Positions 59,706 through 64,000 of a stretch of 64,000 nucleotides of DNA are shown here, piece after piece (the stretch's first letter is position 1; each line of letters opens with the position of its first letter). The notes under the pieces were generated by a model. The model saw nothing but the letters and a program-made list of their open reading frames with translations. It had not been told where the DNA came from and searched no databases. Made by a program: the position numbers and the translations under genes. Origin of the DNA: Pyrodictiaceae archaeon (GTDB lineage Archaea; Thermoproteota; Thermoprotei_A; Sulfolobales; Pyrodictiaceae). The stretch lies in the NCBI GenBank assembly GCA_027036135.1, contig JALVSY010000016.1, positions 320,001 to 384,000 of the forward strand, read 5' to 3'.

Positions 59706-60380
59706 GTGGTTGAACAGGTTAAGCCCGAGGAACTAAGCCCAGAGGAGGGCGAGTTCCTCGTAAGACTGGCTAGGCGTAGCGTTGAGACTTATCTCACCAG
59801 GGGGGAGAGGATAAAGCCTCCAAGCGATACCCCCGAGAAGCTTCGCAGACTAGGAGCAGCCTTCGTGACCATAACAACCTACTATGGCCCCGAATCCAGG
59901 GAGCTAAGAGGATGCATAGGCTACATATTCCCGGTGAAGAGCCTCGTTGAGACAGTGATAGATGTCGCAATAGAGGCAGCGGTAAACGATCCCCGCTTCC
60001 CACCAATGAACCCCAGTGAGCTCGACAAGGTAACTTTCGAGGTGACAGTGCTAGGCCCCCTCGAACCCCTGCCCAGGGAGCCGGAGAAGAGGCCGAAATC
60101 ATTCACTATTGGGCGGCACGGCCTCTTCGCGAAAAAGGGTATCCTGCAAGGCGTTCTCCTACCCGAGGTCCCCGTGGAGTACCTCTGGGACGAGGAGACC
60201 TTTCTCGCCGAGACATGCGTGAAGGCCGGGATGCCTCCTAGCTGCTGGCTAGACCCCGAGGTAGAGTTCTACCGCTTCTCTGGCCGTGATTGGAGGGAGA
60301 GGGAGCCCCACGGCCCCATAGAGGAGAGGGACCTAGCCAAGGAGTACCGAGAGTTGCTCGAGAAGTATGCTAAGCAGTAA
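59706..60380 (+). CDS. AMMECR1-domain protein
   Basis: AFVT, LRGCIG, AAVNDPRF, GRHGL, GVLLPEV, CVKAG. Confidence 0.95.
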   Translation: MVEQVKPEELSPEEGEFLVRLARRSVETYLTRGERIKPPSDTPEKLRRLGAAFVTITTYYGPESRELRGCIGYIFPVKSLVETVIDVAIEAAVNDPRFPPMNPSELDKVTFEVTVLGPLEPLPREPEKRPKSFTIGRHGLFAKKGILQGVLLPEVPVEYLWDEETFLAETCVKAGMPPSCWLDPEVEFYRFSGRDWREREPHGPIEERDLAKEYRELLEKYAKQ

Positions 60381-60402
60381 ACCAAGTACAGCAAATTAGC
60401 AT

Positions 60403-60924
60403 GTGAGGTGCTGCGCCGTGAGGCGTGGTAGGAGGCTTCAGCAAGCCCCTCAGGCAGTGACTGAGGCCGGGGCTGAGATGTACCTTATCTCGATACGCCC
60501 GGTCTACGCTTACCAGATATTCAGGGCGACGAAGAGATTCGAGCTGAGAAGGAACGTTATAGGCAGGATACCCGAGGGCTCAGTAATGATTGTCTATGCC
60601 TCCGGCAACGTGCGGGCAATAATAGGCGAGTTCACCGTAGGCAAGGTAATAGAGGGTACAGCGGAGCAGGTATGGAGACAAGTGCTTAGCGAGAAAAACC
60701 ACGGAATAAGAGGAGATGCATGGCGCTACATAAGGGGCGCCGAGAAAGCAATGGCTCTTGAAGTGGTGAACCCGGTTCTATACCCGAGAAAGGTTACTCT
60801 CGAGGAGATTAGAAGGATTATACCCGGGTGGAACCCACCACTAAGCTACAAAGCTCTGAGAGAAGGCGAGCCACTCTACGAGCTCATTGTAAAGAAGCTT
60901 AGGCGGCTAGCAGGGCTCCCATAG
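60403..60924 (+). CDS. ASCH/PUA-like domain protein
   Basis: LISIRPVYAYQIFRATKRFELRR, VYAS, IIGEFTV, PPLSY. Confidence 0.85.
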   Translation: MRCCAVRRGRRLQQAPQAVTEAGAEMYLISIRPVYAYQIFRATKRFELRRNVIGRIPEGSVMIVYASGNVRAIIGEFTVGKVIEGTAEQVWRQVLSEKNHGIRGDAWRYIRGAEKAMALEVVNPVLYPRKVTLEEIRRIIPGWNPPLSYKALREGEPLYELIVKKLRRLAGLP

Positions 60925-60979
60925 ACGCGGTAGAGAAAACAATTGTTGTCTTAGTGCTTCGCTCTCCAGGAACATGCTC

Positions 60980-62155
60980 CTATTTCCTCGACTTTATCTC
61001 CACGATGTCCCCGTCACTTAGTACATGGTCTAGCCCTACTCTCTCGCCTGGATACTTAGCGGACGGCCCCCATACCTTGGCGTATTCGAAGTACTCTATG
61101 AGGTCGCTGTGAATATGCTCTGCTAGGTCTCGTACAGTGGCTCCTCGTCTAAGCACTACGGGGGTTTTGCTGACTTCGCCGTTAGGCCGCTTAGTGTAGA
61201 CTCTTATTAGGTCTAGTCTCTTGAACAATATCTCTCCTATCTTGTCAAGGTTGTAGCCTGTCTTAGCTGAGACTGGTAGGAGCCATATACTCTTATCTCT
61301 GTTCCTCTTCACGTACTCGTAGAGCGGTCTATAGTTACTCGCAGCTTGTGGTAGGTCGGCTTTGTTAGCGAGTATTATTGCTGGTTTGTAGACACTGCTA
61401 CGTAGCACAGCCATCTCTATATCGTCCAGGCTAACCTCTCCCTCTATGTAGACTTTTGCTCGGTATATCCGGTATCCTGCTAGGAGCTTCTCTACATCCT
61501 TAACAGTGCCATCAATGATCTTACCCGTGCCGAGTACTTGTACCCCGTGCTCCCCGCCCTTCTCTATCCTCACAGTCCCCCGGGGCTTTTCAATGAATAT
61601 CCCGTGCTCCGAGAGGATTTGCTTAATCTCGAGGTACTGGCTAAGCGCGTCATCCTCGAGGCTAACAACTATTATTACCGCGTCAGCGTTCCTAACAATG
61701 CCAGTAACCCTTGGGATATACAGGCCCGCGTCCCTCGATAACGGGGGAGCATCCACCAGCTGGAAGTATATGTCCTTGAATGGCAGCATACCGGGGACCG
61801 GGAGCGTCGTGGAGAACGGATAATCAGCTACACGAGTACGAGCACCCGTGAGACGCTGTACGAGCAGGCTCTTACCAGTATTAGGGGGCCCGATCACAGC
61901 TACCTGGGCAGCCCCCTCCTTCTCAACAAAGATTCTCGGCCCGCCGCCACCAGTCTTCTTCCGCCGCCTCTCCTCCAGCTCCTCGCGTAGCTCTGCAAGC
62001 CTCTTCTTAGCCCATAACAATAGGTTCTCGGCGCCCTTGTGCTTAGGAGCAACGCTCAGAAACTCTTCTAGCGCCCTAATCTTCTCCTCAAGGGTCTTAG
62101 CCTCGCTATACTTGGCCAGCTTCGCCTGGGCCTCCGGAGTCAGATTAGCAGGCAC
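60980..62155 (-). CDS. OBG-family DRG GTPase with TGS domain
   Basis: MPANL, PKHKGAE, GPPNTGKS, YPFST, NKAD, SAK, VGLDHVLSDGDIVEI. Confidence 0.95.
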   Translation of the reverse strand: MPANLTPEAQAKLAKYSEAKTLEEKIRALEEFLSVAPKHKGAENLLLWAKKRLAELREELEERRRKKTGGGGPRIFVEKEGAAQVAVIGPPNTGKSLLVQRLTGARTRVADYPFSTTLPVPGMLPFKDIYFQLVDAPPLSRDAGLYIPRVTGIVRNADAVIIVVSLEDDALSQYLEIKQILSEHGIFIEKPRGTVRIEKGGEHGVQVLGTGKIIDGTVKDVEKLLAGYRIYRAKVYIEGEVSLDDIEMAVLRSSVYKPAIILANKADLPQAASNYRPLYEYVKRNRDKSIWLLPVSAKTGYNLDKIGEILFKRLDLIRVYTKRPNGEVSKTPVVLRRGATVRDLAEHIHSDLIEYFEYAKVWGPSAKYPGERVGLDHVLSDGDIVEIKSRK

Positions 62156-62386
62156 TGTAGCTCAGCCCTCCACGCCCCTTGGTACTAGAATCGCCGAGGA
62201 GGCTAAGATACAGGGGAGTATTAGCACGGCTTCCCTATATCCCCGAGTAGGAATGAGGGGAAAACCGCTTAGTAGTCTATAGAGTCTTCTGTTGTTTCTC
62301 GAAGCAGAGGCTCAGTATAGGATTGAGGACGGTGTGTCTACGATATAATATAAAACATAATTTATCAATAGAATGTGAGAAGCTAG

Positions 62387-62944
62387 TTAGGCGCTTCTTT
62401 TATGTCTAAGTTTCTCTGCGAGCTTGTCAACTGTTTTTCCACGAGCTTTGTCTCCGAGATCTAGGCCGCGTAGCACTATGCGGCCCTCCAATGTTAGCGG
62501 CCTATCTATGGCCTGGTACCGTTTGTGGAAGAACACGTAGCTGGCTGTGATGAGTACTAGGGTCGCGGTGACCGCTTCTAGGACGGGGATTAAGCCGCCT
62601 TCTAGGGGAGCGAGAACTATCTTCATGCTGAGGTTTGCCATCCTCATAAACACTAGTGCAGCTATGTTTAACATAAGGCCGAATAACATATAGAGATACG
62701 CTGCATGCCCGAGCCCCGGTAGTCTGCGTCCATACCTCTTTGCCAACTCGGCGTCATGCTTCCTACGGGCAATACTTCTCCCACTATTAATTGATAAAGC
62801 TACACCAATCAAGAGGATGACCAAGCTTAAATGCGGTATCAATTCTATATTGCTCCTCCGATATTCTCTATAATATTGTGCCTTAAGTAGGCTAGAGCTG
62901 GGTCTCCCTTTTAATAAGTAGCTATAATGACTAGTGCTACCCAC
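62387..62944 (-). CDS. Hypothetical membrane protein (start uncertain)
   Basis: About 3 hydrophobic segments. Confidence 0.55.
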   Translation of the reverse strand: MGSTSHYSYLLKGRPSSSLLKAQYYREYRRSNIELIPHLSLVILLIGVALSINSGRSIARRKHDAELAKRYGRRLPGLGHAAYLYMLFGLMLNIAALVFMRMANLSMKIVLAPLEGGLIPVLEAVTATLVLITASYVFFHKRYQAIDRPLTLEGRIVLRGLDLGDKARGKTVDKLAEKLRHKRSA

Positions 62945-63043
62945 GCCTATGCGGGACTAAGGACAACTTATATTATGAATAGCGGAACGTATCGTTCCTC
63001 GGAACAGAAGAGGGACTCTAGCGTTATCGGAGGAGTAAGACAA

Positions 63044-63607
63044 ATGGCCCGTAGGAGACGGCTACGTATTAATCGAAAAACCCTGGTGGCAGTGGGTGGT
63101 ATACTCCTCATCGTTATATTCATAGTGGAGTATGTAGCGATGCTGGTCTCGGGCCACAGCTACGAAGTCGTAGTGTTCGCGCCAATGAATTACGAGTATG
63201 ATGCACAAGCGATAGCAAAAGAGGTATCGAAGACCCTTGGTATAAAGAAGTACCGGGTTAAGACGCTTAACGTAAACTTGTCGAACCCCTTGTTCGCTAT
63301 AGCCTTGTATGATAGGGGCGACCCTGTACTGGCCCTTCTCTACCCATTATCGCCTGATTTGCCGCGGATAGTGAGCTATGTGTTTAACCGCTTAGCATAT
63401 AGTGTCCCGCATAATGAGAGCTGGATACTGATAGTTAGTGGTAACTCGCTTCAACCAATACGTGTAAAGAGAAACCCAACAAGCTTCATTAATGACTTGG
63501 AGCAATTCTTTCAGCAGCTAAGCAGCCTAGAGAAAGCAACGCAAAACATGAACGTGACGGTGACCACGACGCATACAGCAACAAACGCGACGAATACGAC
63601 CAGGTAG
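63044..63607 (+). CDS. Hypothetical membrane-anchored protein with Thr-rich, sequon-rich C-tail
   Basis: ATG 63044 after GGAGGAG. MARRRRLR then TM segment, C-terminus NVTVTTTHTATNATNTTR. Confidence 0.7.
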   Translation: MARRRRLRINRKTLVAVGGILLIVIFIVEYVAMLVSGHSYEVVVFAPMNYEYDAQAIAKEVSKTLGIKKYRVKTLNVNLSNPLFAIALYDRGDPVLALLYPLSPDLPRIVSYVFNRLAYSVPHNESWILIVSGNSLQPIRVKRNPTSFINDLEQFFQQLSSLEKATQNMNVTVTTTHTATNATNTTR

Positions 63608-63630
63608 TTTTCCTTCCTCGTTTTATCCCT

Positions 63631-64000
63631 CTAAAGAGCCTTAGCATGCTCTATTATGTAATCCGCAGCATCTACGAGGTTCTCGGCAATATAGTCGGCT
63701 TCTTCGACAACTCTGTCGTCGCTGGGGTTAACAGCTATTGCTAAACAAGCCTCCCTCATACCGCGTAGATCCCAGTAACTATCGCCCACGAAGGCCACGT
63801 TCCTCATACTGAGCCCTAGCTTCTTCGCGAGTTCTCTCACGGCTCGGTCCTTCCTGTCAGCCTCTAATCGTGGTTCTCCTCCGGGCACGAGGCGGCCCCA
63901 TGGATCATAGCTCAGCGCGGGGCAGACCCAGTGTCTTATGCCTAGGCGCTGAGCTATCATCTCAACGAGAACCTCTACGCCACCACTCACGAGTGCTAGT
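63631..64000 (-). CDS. HAD-family hydrolase (phosphoserine phosphatase-like), 5'-truncated by window edge
   Basis: LVSGG, conserved K, FVGDSYWD, AIAVNP. Confidence 0.8.
   Translation of the reverse strand, partial: LALVSGGVEVLVEMIAQRLGIRHWVCPALSYDPWGRLVPGGEPRLEADRKDRAVRELAKKLGLSMRNVAFVGDSYWDLRGMREACLAIAVNPSDDRVVEEADYIAENLVDAADYIIEHAKAL

Noticed and set aside
796-62282. Many 60-200 aa antisense or alternate-frame ORFs (e.g. 6293-6937, 22431-22949, 41390-41932, 61848-62282)
   Set aside because: Shadow ORFs of well-supported genes, Ser/Leu-rich and motif-free.
1-64000. Very frequent CTAG tetramer
   Set aside because: Explained by CTA-Leu codon preference. A genome-wide trait, not locus-specific.
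1-64000. tRNA, rRNA, IS elements, integrases, inteins
   Set aside because: No cloverleaf, rRNA-length conserved tract, transposase, recombinase or intein motifs recognised.

Overview
Gene-dense chromosomal segment of a hyperthermophilic crenarchaeon, most likely Desulfurococcales/Pyrodictiaceae. This is inferred from gene content, the long eS6, abundant CTA/CTAG, GTG/TTG starts and GGGGTGA-type SD sites. 1-15 kb is the conserved archaeal information-processing cluster (aIF5B, eS6, aIF2-gamma, PIN, rpoE1, spt4, DUF359, eS24, eS31, kae1, bud32, HAM1, uS15, DHH-like, pcc1, eS1). The rest is mostly housekeeping: DNA ligase, KaiC-domain ATPase, TldD/PmbA, ABC binding protein and permease, Hel308, TIP49, IMPDH, rpl12, tmk, NSUN methyltransferase, AMMECR1, ASCH and a DRG GTPase. 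An AT-richer three-gene Psr/Sre-type molybdoenzyme operon sits between two PAPS-reductase-like PP-loop genes, one split by a G7 frameshift. I found no tRNA, rRNA, CRISPR array, integrase or transposase. The signals the ORF track misses are mostly non-coding: about six intergenic box C/D-type guide sRNA candidates, a two-state structured leader on rps15, a K-turn-like leader on rps6e, a bistable leader or operator on the ABC operon, and a conserved membrane gene that seems to start at ACG. There are also several apparent pseudo-enzymes (dead Cas4, M28, MDR, DHH). All family calls come from recognising motifs by eye, and rRNA target matches rely on recalled consensus and need checking.
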